Source of the DNA: an uncultured Pelagibacteraceae bacterium
Lineage (GTDB): Bacteria > Pseudomonadota > Alphaproteobacteria > Pelagibacterales > Pelagibacteraceae
Assembly: GCA_902597215.1 (NCBI GenBank)
Contig: CACJWU010000002.1
Location: 30,275 to 94,274 of the forward strand
DNA: 64,000 nt
Direction of reading: 5' to 3'
The position numbers were made by a program, and so were the translations under genes. Each line of letters starts with the position of its first letter. Position 1 is the stretch's first letter. Below the pieces are notes generated by a model that had not been told where the DNA came from, searched no databases, and saw nothing but the letters and a program-made list of their open reading frames with translations. Positions 17,604-27,915 of this stretch are shown piece by piece.

Positions 17604-18820
17604 TAGCAGAAAATTTTTTTAAATCTAAAACAGCAATCATAACTTTATTTGCCGCATGTTTTGTCGTCTTAATATCATTGGGAGTGAGACAAGTTTTTGG
17701 TTTATTCTTTATTGATTTTAATGAAAGCTTAAATATTAGCAATACATCATTTGGATTAGCAATTGGAATACAAATGTTAATGTGGGGCTTAACAGGTCCA
17801 ATTTTCGGAGCAATTGCTGATAGATATGGAGGACATGTAGCCATCATTTCTGCATTCATATTTTATACATTAGGTGTATATTTTTTATATACAGGACCAA
17901 ACACTGGTATTTTTTTTCAAATTCATATGGGTCTTATGATTGGTATTGGACTTGGAGGTACTGCAATAAGTATTCCAATGTCAGTTGTTGGTAAACATTT
18001 TCCACTGTCAACAAGAACAATTGCGATGAGTATTGTCACTGCAATTGGATCGTTTGGTTATTTTCTTTCACCAATTTTTACAACTTTTTCTTTAAAAGAA
18101 TATGGTTGGAATTATACTTTATTTATTTTTACTTTGTTTTTAATAACAGGTTTAGTTGCCGCTTATTTTGTAAGATCTCCATCTGCAACTGAGAGTGTAG
18201 AAAAAACCTCAGACCAATCATTTAAAGAAGCTTTAAATGAAGCTTTTAAAACAAAAAGTTATATTTTGCTGGTATCAGGTTTTTTTGTTTGTGGTTTTCA
18301 TATCACCTTAGTTGGAACACATGTTCCAAAATATGTAATAGACAGAGGTTTAGAAGATTGGACTGCTGCCGCAATTTTATCATTAATTGGTTTGTTTAAT
18401 ATTTTTGGTTCCTTATTAAGTGGATATCTTTCAGCAAAAATGAGTAAAAAGATTATTCTTAGTGCAATTTATTTTTTAAGAGGAATTTCTATTATTCTTT
18501 TTATATTTACACCTGCAACTAATATAAGTGCGTTTTTATTTGGAGCAAGTTTTGGTTTTTTATGGCTTTCAACAGTTCCAGCTACTAGCGGTATTGTGGC
18601 ACACATGTTTGGAACTAAATATTTGGGTATGCTCTATGGGATAGTTTTTTTAAGTCATCAAATAGGATCTTTTTTTGGTGCATATTTAGGAGGATTATTT
18701 CATGATCTGTACGGATCATATGATTATGCGTGGTATTTAGCAATTGCTTTATCTGTATTCGCAGCAATAATACATTTACCAATTAAGGAAGAACCAGTTT
18801 TGAGATTAAAAACAGAATAA
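17600..18820 (+). CDS. MFS transporter
   Basis: About 12 TM segments, GAIADRYG, GFFVCGFH, HQIGSFFG. Confidence 0.92.
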   Translation: MIAENFFKSKTAIITLFAACFVVLISLGVRQVFGLFFIDFNESLNISNTSFGLAIGIQMLMWGLTGPIFGAIADRYGGHVAIISAFIFYTLGVYFLYTGPNTGIFFQIHMGLMIGIGLGGTAISIPMSVVGKHFPLSTRTIAMSIVTAIGSFGYFLSPIFTTFSLKEYGWNYTLFIFTLFLITGLVAAYFVRSPSATESVEKTSDQSFKEALNEAFKTKSYILLVSGFFVCGFHITLVGTHVPKYVIDRGLEDWTAAAILSLIGLFNIFGSLLSGYLSAKMSKKIILSAIYFLRGISIILFIFTPATNISAFLFGASFGFLWLSTVPATSGIVAHMFGTKYLGMLYGIVFLSHQIGSFFGAYLGGLFHDLYGSYDYAWYLAIALSVFAAIIHLPIKEEPVLRLKTE

Positions 18821-18821
18821 A

Positions 18822-19970
18822 TTGAACAGATTAAATCAATTAACGGAAATACATCAGTCAGGAAAACCGTATATTATTTATAAATCTCAGAAAGGATTTA
18901 ATCTTTATACAGATTTTTCAAAAAAAATTATTTTAAATAACAAAAATATTAAGAGTTTTTTGAGTAAAAAATACAAAAAAAAAATAAAAAATACTGATCT
19001 CTTTATTGGTTTTTTTGGATATGAACTTTTAAATAATCTAATTGATATAAAGATTCCAAAACAAAAAAATTTAAATTTCCCTAAAGGAATTTTTTATAAA
19101 CCAGAAAAAATAATTAAACTTAGTAAGAAGATTAATTATAATAAAAAAACCTTTGAATCAGGAAATTTTAAAATAAATATTAATAAAAAAAACTATACAA
19201 AAATATTCAATAAATTTAAGAAAAAAATCAAAAGTGGTGAAACTTATCAAATTAAGATTTGTACTAAATACAAAACTAATTCAAAAATTAATCCACTAGA
19301 CTTTTTTTCAAGATTATCTAGTACCAATTTAGCTCCAGAGGCTTTTATGATAAAAGATAATAATTATTCAATAATTAGTTGTTCACCTGAAAATTTGATA
19401 AATAAAAAAGGAGTTGATATATCAACAAAGCCAATAGCTGGCACTGTAAAAAAAACAAAATATATAGATAAAACGAAAGCGTTAAATTATTTTAGAAATA
19501 ATCTAAAAGAGACCAAGGAACATAATATGATAGTTGACATGGAAAGAAATGATCTATCTAGAATTTGTAAGGTTGGCTCCGTAAAATTGTCAAGAAACAA
19601 AATTGTTGAAGAATATAAAGATCTTTTTCATTACGTAAGCCTAATTAAAGGCAAATTAAAAAAAAATATCAATAATTTAGATATAATTAAAGCAATGATG
19701 CCAGGTGGTTCAGTTATTGGGTGTCCCAAGATAAGTACACTTAATCTTTTAAATAAACAGGAAAAAGAAAATAGAAATATTTATACGGGTAGTTTTGGTT
19801 ACATAAAATTTAATGGTGACATGAGGTTTAATATAATAATACGATCAATTCTAAATTATAAAAATATATCTGAAATCTCAGTAGCCTCAGGCGTTGTCGT
19901 CGATAGCAACGCAAACCATGAATTTCATGAAAATTTTATTAAAGCTAAAGCTCTGATAGATTTATTCTAA
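18822..19970 (+). CDS. pabB: Chorismate-binding enzyme, PabB/TrpE-like (aminodeoxychorismate synthase component I)
   Basis: GETYQI, SCSPE, KPIAGT, EHNMIVDMERNDL, PGGSVIGCPK; TTG start. Confidence 0.8.
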   Translation: MNRLNQLTEIHQSGKPYIIYKSQKGFNLYTDFSKKIILNNKNIKSFLSKKYKKKIKNTDLFIGFFGYELLNNLIDIKIPKQKNLNFPKGIFYKPEKIIKLSKKINYNKKTFESGNFKININKKNYTKIFNKFKKKIKSGETYQIKICTKYKTNSKINPLDFFSRLSSTNLAPEAFMIKDNNYSIISCSPENLINKKGVDISTKPIAGTVKKTKYIDKTKALNYFRNNLKETKEHNMIVDMERNDLSRICKVGSVKLSRNKIVEEYKDLFHYVSLIKGKLKKNINNLDIIKAMMPGGSVIGCPKISTLNLLNKQEKENRNIYTGSFGYIKFNGDMRFNIIIRSILNYKNISEISVASGVVVDSNANHEFHENFIKAKALIDLF

Positions 19971-20527
19971 TGATTTACGTGATTGATCATAACGATTCTT
20001 TTACTCACAATGTGGTACATCAATTTGCATTATTTGATACAGTTGAGTGTGATCAGTATAGTAAAATAAGTGAAAAAAAAATTAAACAAGCATCAACAAT
20101 AGTTTTTTCACCTGGACCAGGAAATCCAAAAAATTACCCAATTACTTCTAAAATTTATAAAAAATTTAAGGGAAAAAAAAAGATGATAGGTATTTGTCTA
20201 GGATTTCAACATATTTTATTTTGTGAGGGTGCAAAAATTATTGAACAAAAAAAAATATATCATGGTTTTCAATCAAATATAAAAGTTATTAACAATAAAT
20301 CTTTATTTAAAAAAGGGAAAATATTCAAAGTTGGTAGGTATCATTCTTTAAAATTAAAAGAACCTTTTAAAACTAATAATTTTGAGATAACTATGAGATG
20401 TTTAACTTCAAAAGTTGCGATGGCTTTTGAAAATAATAAGGAAAAAATTTATGGATTTCAATTTCACCCAGAATCTTTTTTAACAGTCAATGGCAATTTA
20501 CTTATTAAAAAAATCTTATCAGCTTAA
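19970..20527 (+). CDS. pabA: Glutamine amidotransferase PabA/TrpG
   Basis: IDHNDSFT, SPGPGNP, GICLGFQ, RYHSL, QFHPES. Confidence 0.85.
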   Translation: MIYVIDHNDSFTHNVVHQFALFDTVECDQYSKISEKKIKQASTIVFSPGPGNPKNYPITSKIYKKFKGKKKMIGICLGFQHILFCEGAKIIEQKKIYHGFQSNIKVINNKSLFKKGKIFKVGRYHSLKLKEPFKTNNFEITMRCLTSKVAMAFENNKEKIYGFQFHPESFLTVNGNLLIKKILSA

Positions 20528-21263
20528 AGATTTAAAACAGGTAGAATTCAATGATCTATGGGGAGATCACGGAATTTTTACCACAATGTGGATTTTTGGA
20601 AAACCAGCAAAAATATTATTCTTTGATAGCCATTTAAGAAATTTAATTTCATCGTTAAAAAAATATCAAATAAAAAAAAAATCTTTAAAAGCAGATATCT
20701 TAAAAATAATTAATTTAAATTTATCTAAAAAGAAAAAATATAATCATTTACTTAGAATTGCCGTAAATAAGAAAATTATATCAATTTCTTTAAGAAAAAG
20801 AGTAAAACCTAAATTAAATTTTAATCTAAAGTTAGCAAAAATAAAAAGAGAAAAGCCTCAATTTAAAAATCTTAAATATAAAAAAATACTATCATATCTA
20901 TCTAAAATGGATAATTCTCAATCAGATATTGCTCTTGTGTCAAATAAAAGAATCTTAGAAACCGGAACTTCAAATTTATTATTTGTCAAAGATAAAAAAT
21001 TCTTTACACCAAAAAAAGATTATTATGAGGGAAATACTTATAAATTTTTTAGAAAAAAAATAAAAAGAATAACAAAAAAAGATATCTTATTAAAAGAGAT
21101 TAAAAATTACGATGAAATCTTACTTTTAGGTTCTGGTAAGGGTGTCACTTCAGTTAGAACTATTCATCAGACTAAATGGAAAAGAAAGAATTTGAAAAAT
21201 TTTAGAATTCTTTCAAAACATTTTGATGATGCAATAAAGAAATGTAATTCCTATAAATTTTAA
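20490..21263 (+). CDS. Aminotransferase class IV (PabC-like aminodeoxychorismate lyase)
   Basis: GIFTTM, HLRNL, KNLKY, ETGTSNL; follows pabB and pabA. Confidence 0.75.
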   Translation: MAIYLLKKSYQLKDLKQVEFNDLWGDHGIFTTMWIFGKPAKILFFDSHLRNLISSLKKYQIKKKSLKADILKIINLNLSKKKKYNHLLRIAVNKKIISISLRKRVKPKLNFNLKLAKIKREKPQFKNLKYKKILSYLSKMDNSQSDIALVSNKRILETGTSNLLFVKDKKFFTPKKDYYEGNTYKFFRKKIKRITKKDILLKEIKNYDEILLLGSGKGVTSVRTIHQTKWKRKNLKNFRILSKHFDDAIKKCNSYKF

Positions 21264-21265
21264 AA

Positions 21266-21664
21266 ATGAAAGACCCCAATAACCCTTGCATATTTTGTGA
21301 TATCAAGAAAAGTGAATGCGTTCATGAAAATAAATTAGCTTACGCAAGTTACGACTCTTATCCAGTCACAGAACACCATTGTTTAATTATTCCTAAAAGA
21401 CATATAAAAAATTATTTTGATTTATCTAATGATGAATTAGTTGCCTGTAATGAACTTATTCAAATTGTAAAAAAAGAAATTATAAACAAAGATCCGACAG
21501 TTAAAGGATTCAATTTAGGTACAAATATTGGAAAAGTTTCTGGTCAATCAATTTTACATTGTCATCTTCACCTGATTCCCCGTAGAGAGGGTGATGTTGA
21601 TAATCCTCAAGGGGGAGTGAGGTCTGTGATCCCAAATAAACAACATTATAAAAGAAATAATTAG
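21266..21664 (+). CDS. HIT family hydrolase
   Basis: CIFC and HCHLHLIPR. Confidence 0.95.
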   Translation: MKDPNNPCIFCDIKKSECVHENKLAYASYDSYPVTEHHCLIIPKRHIKNYFDLSNDELVACNELIQIVKKEIINKDPTVKGFNLGTNIGKVSGQSILHCHLHLIPRREGDVDNPQGGVRSVIPNKQHYKRNN

Positions 21665-21767
21665 GCTGTTATTAATGACAAATTGACCCTAGTTTGAGGT
21701 TGCACTATAAACTCAACTATATATAAAACTTAAAAAATTAATTCAAAATTAAACAAAAAAGGCGGAA

Positions 21768-22562
21768 ATGTTTAGTAATAATCCATTTTCAATTTTATCT
21801 GAAACAATCTCACCCTTTGCAATGCAGTCTTTTATTATTGCGATGGTTTTATTGATTGCAATTGGAACAATCATACAAATGATACATCATAAAAATCTGA
21901 CTTACTTTTTTAATAACGCCAAAAAAGCAAAACTTTCTGCAACAAAAAAGTTAGGTGTAGGAGAAAAGGTTTCTGTCATTGCTAAAACAACAGTTGTTGA
22001 TATTGGAACAACCTCTGAACTAGGATTTGGTAAAAGAAGACTTGCACATGTTCTTGGAATGTATGGAACTATTTTGTTCTGGGTTTCCTCGGCTATGTTA
22101 GTTTTTTGTTATACAGGTGCTGATAAATCAAATTCAGAAACTTGGTCAATGCTTTGGCATGCGGGGGCAATTTTAACTTGTATAGGTGGATATTGGTTTT
22201 GGTTTTTTTTAAGAGTTGATGTATCTGCAGAGGCACATCCTTGGTACAGAATTATTAAAGCAGATTTATTTGTTCTAGCTTTACTTGCTTGTGCATCTTT
22301 TGGATTAGCGTGGTCTTATACTCAATTTAATGGTCAAATAGGTTTATCATTTTTATTTTTAATTTTGTTTGTAGCAGCTAATCTGATTTTATTCGGAGGT
22401 GTTTATTGGTCTAAATTTGCTCATATGTTTTATAAACCTGGAGCAGCAATACAAAAAAATTTAGCTGAAGCTGATGGTTCAAGAGACAATTTACCTCCCC
22501 CAGCAGATGCGCCAGAGCAATTTGGCCTGGGTATAAAAAGAGAAGAGCCAAAACATTATTAA
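21768..22562 (+). CDS. aprM: APS reductase membrane anchor AprM
   Basis: Multi-TM protein with RRLAHVLGMYG, WFWFFLRVDV and WSKFAHMFYKP; lies directly upstream of aprB. Confidence 0.88.
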   Translation: MFSNNPFSILSETISPFAMQSFIIAMVLLIAIGTIIQMIHHKNLTYFFNNAKKAKLSATKKLGVGEKVSVIAKTTVVDIGTTSELGFGKRRLAHVLGMYGTILFWVSSAMLVFCYTGADKSNSETWSMLWHAGAILTCIGGYWFWFFLRVDVSAEAHPWYRIIKADLFVLALLACASFGLAWSYTQFNGQIGLSFLFLILFVAANLILFGGVYWSKFAHMFYKPGAAIQKNLAEADGSRDNLPPPADAPEQFGLGIKREEPKHY

Positions 22563-22596
22563 TATGTTAATAGAAAAAGGAGAAAATTAAAAAATT

Positions 22597-23208
22597 ATGT
22601 CAACTTTTGTATACATGACTAGATGTGATGGATGTGGTCATTGCGTAGATATTTGTCCATCAGATATAATGCATATTGATGAAAATATTAGACGTGCAAA
22701 AAATATTGAACCCAACTTTTGCTGGGAATGTTATTCATGTGTAAAAGCCTGTCCCAACCATGCTATTGATGTCAGAGGTTATGCAGATTTTGCACCTATG
22801 GGTCATAGCGTAAGAGTTAGAAGAGAAGAAGAAAAAGGAACTATCTCTTGGAAAATTAAATTTAGAAATGGTACTGAGAAAAATTTCGTATCTCCAATTA
22901 CAACAAAACCTTGGGAAAATTTAGTAAGATCCTCTAATATGAAAGATTACGGTAGTTTTACCAGAGATTTTTCTACTCAAATGTTGTTTGGGGCAAATGA
23001 AGTGGAGCTAGGAAAGCAGTGGGCTAATAATGATCTTATTACTAATTTAAATGAAACTTATGAGCCATTTGGGACCTTAAGGAGAGGTGAACACATCACT
23101 ATTCTAATTAAACAGACAAATAAGAAAATTCCTGGAGAATTTTTAGGTAGACTAGTTTTAGGAGTTGAGGACGATGCGATTAAGGTTTTTGGAGCCACAA
23201 TTTACTAG
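22597..23208 (+). CDS. aprB: Chimeric AprB: APS reductase beta subunit N-terminus (about aa 1-106) fused in frame to an unrelated 97-aa domain
   Basis: CDGCGHCVDICP, CWECYSCVKACP, VRGYADF and KFRNG...SPITTKPW are AprB motifs. The sequence after W106 is not the AprB tail as I recall it, and no aprA follows. Confidence 0.85.
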   Translation: MSTFVYMTRCDGCGHCVDICPSDIMHIDENIRRAKNIEPNFCWECYSCVKACPNHAIDVRGYADFAPMGHSVRVRREEEKGTISWKIKFRNGTEKNFVSPITTKPWENLVRSSNMKDYGSFTRDFSTQMLFGANEVELGKQWANNDLITNLNETYEPFGTLRRGEHITILIKQTNKKIPGEFLGRLVLGVEDDAIKVFGATIY

Positions 23209-23278
23209 TTCAGAAAAAAACTATTTTAATCAATTATAGTTTGACAATTTTTTTACTGGGTGTATTGAGGATATATAG

Positions 23279-23413
23279 ATGCATCTTTCAAATATAAAAA
23301 TTCCTCAAAAAATTTTAAATAAGAAAAGAACTTTTATTAAAACTGGAATTTTTTCGGCAATTGCTACTTGTTGGGGTGTTATCTTAGTTGGAACTTTTTT
23401 GACATTTAAATAA
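23279..23413 (+). CDS. Small single-TM hypothetical protein (44 aa)
   Basis: MHLSNIKIPQKILNKKRTFIKTGIFSAIATCWGVILVGTFLTFK; SD GAGGA upstream and TTGACA at 23241. Confidence 0.55.
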   Translation: MHLSNIKIPQKILNKKRTFIKTGIFSAIATCWGVILVGTFLTFK

Positions 23414-23437
23414 GTTTTACAAGAAGTTTTATTTTAG

Positions 23438-24523
23438 ATGGAAGTTTTTTTACCCATAGCTCAAGTTATTGTTAGCCCAGTCGAAATTCTTTTACTAAGT
23501 GCGCTAGTCGGTGTTCTTTCAGGTTTGTTTGGTGTAGGTGGAGGTTTTTTAATGACACCATTTTTAATTTTTTTAGGTGTTCCTCCGGCTTATGCAGTTG
23601 CTAATGAAGCAAATAATATTTTAGCAACATCTGTCTCTGGATCTACTACTCATTGGTTAAAAAATACTTTGGATTATAAAATGGGCTTTATGATTGTAAT
23701 TGGTGGTTCTATAGGAACTGCATTAGGTATTTATACTTTTAGTTATTTTAAAGGAATTGGAAAAATAGATACAGTTATTTCACTTGCTTACATGTACATA
23801 CTTGCAATAATTGGAACCTTAATGCTAGTGGAGAGCCTAGGTGAAATTGATAAAGCTAAAAAAAATATTGTAGAAAGAAAAAAATTACATGTTCATTATT
23901 GGATACATGGTCTGCCTTTTAGAATGAGATTTCCAAAATCCAAGTTATATGAAAGTATTTTTACACCAATCATAATTGGTTTAGTTGTTGGGTTTATAGC
24001 TGCTATTATGGGAATAGGTGGAGCTTTTATTTTAGTTCCAGCAATGATTTATCTTATAAAAATGCCAACTAGATTAGTACCTGGAACTTCATTGTTTGTG
24101 ACTATTTTTGTAAGCGTAATAGTAACTTTTTTACATTCAATCAATTATGGCTCAATAGATTTGATGTTAGTGCTATTATTAGTTGTTGGATCAATTATTG
24201 GTGTTCAAGTTGGTCAGAAATTAGGAGAGCAAATTGATAGTCATGGGTTAAAAGCATTGTTAGCAATCTTATTGCTGATTGTTGGTATTGCAATAGCATA
24301 CGATACTTTTTTTGCAGAAGAGGTTTCTAATGTAATAATAAAAATACCAACTTCTGAATTAAATTTTTTCTCAAAATTTATTAAAGAATTTTCCATCGAC
24401 ATGCCATTCTTTTATGGGTTATTCTCGATTTTGTTTGCAGTTCTTTTAGGAATAGGTGCTGCTTTTATCAGGAGATTTTTATCTAAATTGAGAAAAAAAT
24501 ATATAGCAAGTCTAGCAAAGTAA
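23438..24523 (+). CDS. TauE/SafE-family (sulfite exporter) membrane protein
   Basis: SGLFGVGGGFLMTP and MGIGGAFILVP repeats, GTSLF. Confidence 0.88.
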   Translation: MEVFLPIAQVIVSPVEILLLSALVGVLSGLFGVGGGFLMTPFLIFLGVPPAYAVANEANNILATSVSGSTTHWLKNTLDYKMGFMIVIGGSIGTALGIYTFSYFKGIGKIDTVISLAYMYILAIIGTLMLVESLGEIDKAKKNIVERKKLHVHYWIHGLPFRMRFPKSKLYESIFTPIIIGLVVGFIAAIMGIGGAFILVPAMIYLIKMPTRLVPGTSLFVTIFVSVIVTFLHSINYGSIDLMLVLLLVVGSIIGVQVGQKLGEQIDSHGLKALLAILLLIVGIAIAYDTFFAEEVSNVIIKIPTSELNFFSKFIKEFSIDMPFFYGLFSILFAVLLGIGAAFIRRFLSKLRKKYIASLAK

Positions 24524-24525
24524 TT

Positions 24526-25692
24526 TTAGGCACTTCTGTAAAGTTTTGTCATCACAAACTCCCTGTGACCTAGAGCTTCTGCGCAAGTTAATCTACCATT
24601 GGCAACTCTTAGAGTAGTTTCTATAAGCTTATCTCCTGCTTCTGACATATTCATTTCTCTAGAAAGAATTTTTGAAACATCGCAGTCAATATGTTCACCC
24701 ATTCCTTTAACTGTTAAAGGGTTAGCAGTTAATTTAACAACTGGTTCAATTGGGTTTCCAACTATATTACCTTGTCCAGTTGGAAATAAGTGAATATTAA
24801 AACCAGCTGCTGCTTGAAGAGTTACACATTCTGCAGCTGCCGAAGAGGTATCCATAAAGTATAAACCTTTACCTTTTTTAGGTTCTTCAGCCGGTTCTAG
24901 TACATCTACAAATTTACAATTCCCAATTTTTTGAAAATTACCAAATGCCTTTTCCTCAATTGTTGTTAAACCACCAGCAATATTTCCTGCTGTGGGTTGA
25001 CTTTCAGAAAGATCATCTGTTGCTTCTTTTAAAATGAAATCATTATATGAGCTCCAGGTCCTCATAAATTTATCTGAAGCTTCTTTTGTAGCACCTCTTG
25101 TAGCACAAACTTTTTCAGCCCCAGTTAGTTCTGAAGTTTCACCAAAACATAAATGAACCCCTAAAGGTTCAAGTTTATCCATTAAATTTCCAACTGTGGG
25201 ATTAGCAGCGAGACCTGATGTAGTGTCAGATTCTCCACATTTTACTGAGATCCACAAATCACTAATAGGACACTCTTCTCTTTGTTTTTCTGATGCCCAC
25301 ATAACAAACTCTTGAGCTTTTTTTGACGCTTTCATTACAGTCCCAATATCGCCTGTACGCTCTATATGAAAACCTTCAACAGGCTTCCCAGTTTTTGCAA
25401 TGCCATCTACTATCTTTTTTGTCCATTTAGGCTCGATACCAATTACTATTACTGCAGCAACATTAGGATTACTTCCTGTCCCTATCATAGTTCTAAAATG
25501 CAATTCTAAGTCAGCACCAAATTGAAGTCTCCCATAAGAGTGGGGTAAAGCTATTGTGCCTTTTATGTTATTAGCTACTGCCTCTGCACAGGCATTTGAA
25601 ATATCATCTACAGGTAGAATGATTACATGGTTTCGTGTACCAGTTCTTCCATTTTCTCTTTTATAACCTAAAAAACTTTTTGGAATTTCCAT
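24526..25692 (-). CDS. suyB: UxaA-family lyase large subunit, probable (R)-sulfolactate sulfo-lyase beta subunit
   Basis: [53 protein letters not shown]. Start re-called at MEIPKS. It sits next to xsc. Confidence 0.85.
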   Translation of the reverse strand: MEIPKSFLGYKRENGRTGTRNHVIILPVDDISNACAEAVANNIKGTIALPHSYGRLQFGADLELHFRTMIGTGSNPNVAAVIVIGIEPKWTKKIVDGIAKTGKPVEGFHIERTGDIGTVMKASKKAQEFVMWASEKQREECPISDLWISVKCGESDTTSGLAANPTVGNLMDKLEPLGVHLCFGETSELTGAEKVCATRGATKEASDKFMRTWSSYNDFILKEATDDLSESQPTAGNIAGGLTTIEEKAFGNFQKIGNCKFVDVLEPAEEPKKGKGLYFMDTSSAAAECVTLQAAAGFNIHLFPTGQGNIVGNPIEPVVKLTANPLTVKGMGEHIDCDVSKILSREMNMSEAGDKLIETTLRVANGRLTCAEALGHREFVMTKLYRSA

Positions 25693-25693
25693 A

Positions 25694-25978
25694 TTACCAC
25701 TTTTTTGTTTTGACGTTGTGAACATGAACATGTTCACCTTTTTTAATTGATTTCACTACTTTACCAATATCATGACCATATTTAAGAATTGTATCTCCTT
25801 CTTTTAAGTCTGACATTGCAATTTTATGGCCCAAAGGTATTTCATCTACTGATTGAATATTAACTGTGCTATCATTTTCCATAATCCAGCATGAGCAATC
25901 TTGTTTTGGAGTAATCTTTTCAATTACAACTACTCCTACGTTGTCTTTCTGGTCGTGAATAATAATGTCTGTAGCCAT
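25694..25978 (-). CDS. suyA: SAF-domain small subunit, probable sulfolactate sulfo-lyase alpha subunit
   Basis: [30 protein letters not shown]. Confidence 0.85.
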   Translation of the reverse strand: MATDIIIHDQKDNVGVVVIEKITPKQDCSCWIMENDSTVNIQSVDEIPLGHKIAMSDLKEGDTILKYGHDIGKVVKSIKKGEHVHVHNVKTKKW

Positions 25979-26092
25979 TTTTATGGTGTCGATTTGTTAT
26001 TTGAATTTTTTGAAATCTTATATATTAATCCTTCAAATTAACAATTAATTTTTAAAAAATTTGTTCATTACTAACTTAGAAAGGTTCTATAA

Positions 26093-27877
26093 ATGACTAA
26101 AATGACTACAGAGGAAGCTTTTGTAAAAGTTTTACAAATGCATGGTATTGAACATTCTTTTGGAATAATTGGATCTGCGTTCATGCCTATATCTGATATT
26201 TTCCCAGATGCAGGAATTACTTTTTGGGATGTTGCCCATGAAACAAATGGTGGTCTAATTGCAGACGGCTATACAAGAGCTACTGGAAAAATGTCTATGG
26301 TAATTGCACAAAATGGACCTGGAATAACTGGTTTAGTAACTCCAATTAAAACAGCTTACTGGAATCATACTCCATTATTATTAGTGACCCCTCAAGCAGC
26401 AAACAAAACTATGGGGCAAGGTGGTTTTCAAGAAGTTGAACAAATGAATTTATTTAAAGATATGGTTTGTTATCAGGAAGAGGTAAGAGATCCTTCAAGA
26501 ATGGCTGAAGTTTTGAATAGAGTAATTGAAAAAGCAATTAGAGGTTCAGCACCAGCACAAATAAATGTCCCAAGAGATTATTGGTGTCAAGTTATTGATA
26601 TAGATCTTCCTCCAATTGTAAGATTAGAAAGACAAGGAGGAGGTGCTGATGCAATCGCAAAAGCAGCTGACCTTTTATCTAAAGCAAAATTTCCAGTAAT
26701 TTTATCTGGTGCAGGTGTTGTTATTGGTGGAGCGATTGAAGAAACTAAAAAACTAGCAGAAAAATTAGACTCACCTGTGTGTTCTGGTTATCAACATAAT
26801 GATAGTTTTCCAGGTAGTCATCCTTTAGCTGTAGGACCGCTGGGTTACAACGGCTCTAAGGCGGCAATGGAATTAATTTCTAAAGCTGATGTTGTACTTG
26901 CTTTAGGAACAAGATTAAATCCTTTTTCGACTCTACCAGGTTATGGAATTGATTATTGGCCAAAAAAAGCAAGTATAATTCAAGTTGATATGAATCCAGA
27001 TAGAATTGGACTAACTAAAAAAGTTACAGTTGGAATTAGTGGAGATGCAAAATTGGTAGCTACGCAGATATTAGAAAAATTGTCTTCAAATGCTGGAGAT
27101 ACTGATAGACAAAAAAGAAAAGATTTAATTCATCAAACAAAATCTGCTTGGTTACAAAAATTATCAAGTTTAGATCATGAGGATGATGATGAAGGAACAG
27201 TTTGGAATAAAGAGGCTAGAGAAAGAGACGCAGATAGAATGTCACCTAGACAAGCATGGAGAGCAATTCAAGCCGGTATGCCTGATGATGTGATTATTTC
27301 TAGTGACATAGGAAATAATTGTGCGATTGGAAATGCATATCCAACTTTTGAAAAACCAAGAAAATATTTAGCTCCTGGTTTATTTGGTCCATGTGGTTAT
27401 GGATTTCCATCAATCTTAGGAGCAAAAATTGGATGTCCCGATACACCTGTAATTGGCTTTGCAGGAGATGGTGCATTTGGAATTAGTATGAATGAGATGA
27501 GTTCTTGTGCTCGTGAAGAGTGGCCAGCAATTACAATGGTAATCTTTAGAAATTATCAATGGGGTGCTGAAAAAAGAAATACTACCCTTTGGTTTGATAA
27601 TAATTTTGTTGGAACAGAATTGGATCCAGAATTAAGTTTTGCAAAAGTTGCTGACGCATGTGGTCTGAAAGGTGTAACTGTCAAAACTATGGAAGAGACA
27701 ACTGCTGCAATTAAAAAATCTTGTGAAGACCAAAAGAAAGGAATTACCACATTTATAGAGGTAATTCTTAATCAAGAGCTTGGTGAGCCATTTAGACGAG
27801 ATGCTATGAAAAAACCAGTCAGAGTAGCTGGTATAAAAAAAGAAGATATGAAGAAGCAACCTTCTTTAAATTCTTAA
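26093..27877 (+). CDS. xsc: Sulfoacetaldehyde acetyltransferase
   Basis: MTTEEAFVKVLQMHGI, FGIIGSA, TAYWNHTP, TPP motif GDGAFG...NYQWGAEKRN, ELGEPFRRDAM. Confidence 0.96.
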   Translation: MTKMTTEEAFVKVLQMHGIEHSFGIIGSAFMPISDIFPDAGITFWDVAHETNGGLIADGYTRATGKMSMVIAQNGPGITGLVTPIKTAYWNHTPLLLVTPQAANKTMGQGGFQEVEQMNLFKDMVCYQEEVRDPSRMAEVLNRVIEKAIRGSAPAQINVPRDYWCQVIDIDLPPIVRLERQGGGADAIAKAADLLSKAKFPVILSGAGVVIGGAIEETKKLAEKLDSPVCSGYQHNDSFPGSHPLAVGPLGYNGSKAAMELISKADVVLALGTRLNPFSTLPGYGIDYWPKKASIIQVDMNPDRIGLTKKVTVGISGDAKLVATQILEKLSSNAGDTDRQKRKDLIHQTKSAWLQKLSSLDHEDDDEGTVWNKEARERDADRMSPRQAWRAIQAGMPDDVIISSDIGNNCAIGNAYPTFEKPRKYLAPGLFGPCGYGFPSILGAKIGCPDTPVIGFAGDGAFGISMNEMSSCAREEWPAITMVIFRNYQWGAEKRNTTLWFDNNFVGTELDPELSFAKVADACGLKGVTVKTMEETTAAIKKSCEDQKKGITTFIEVILNQELGEPFRRDAMKKPVRVAGIKKEDMKKQPSLNS

Positions 27878-27915
27878 GATCTTTAAAAAAACTTACAATT
27901 ATCGTAATCTAACTT

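Noticed and set aside
21690-21719. Imperfect inverted repeat TAGTTTGAG...CTCAACTA in the aprM promoter
   Set aside because: It needs a bulge to pair, is AT-rich, and I saw no second copy.
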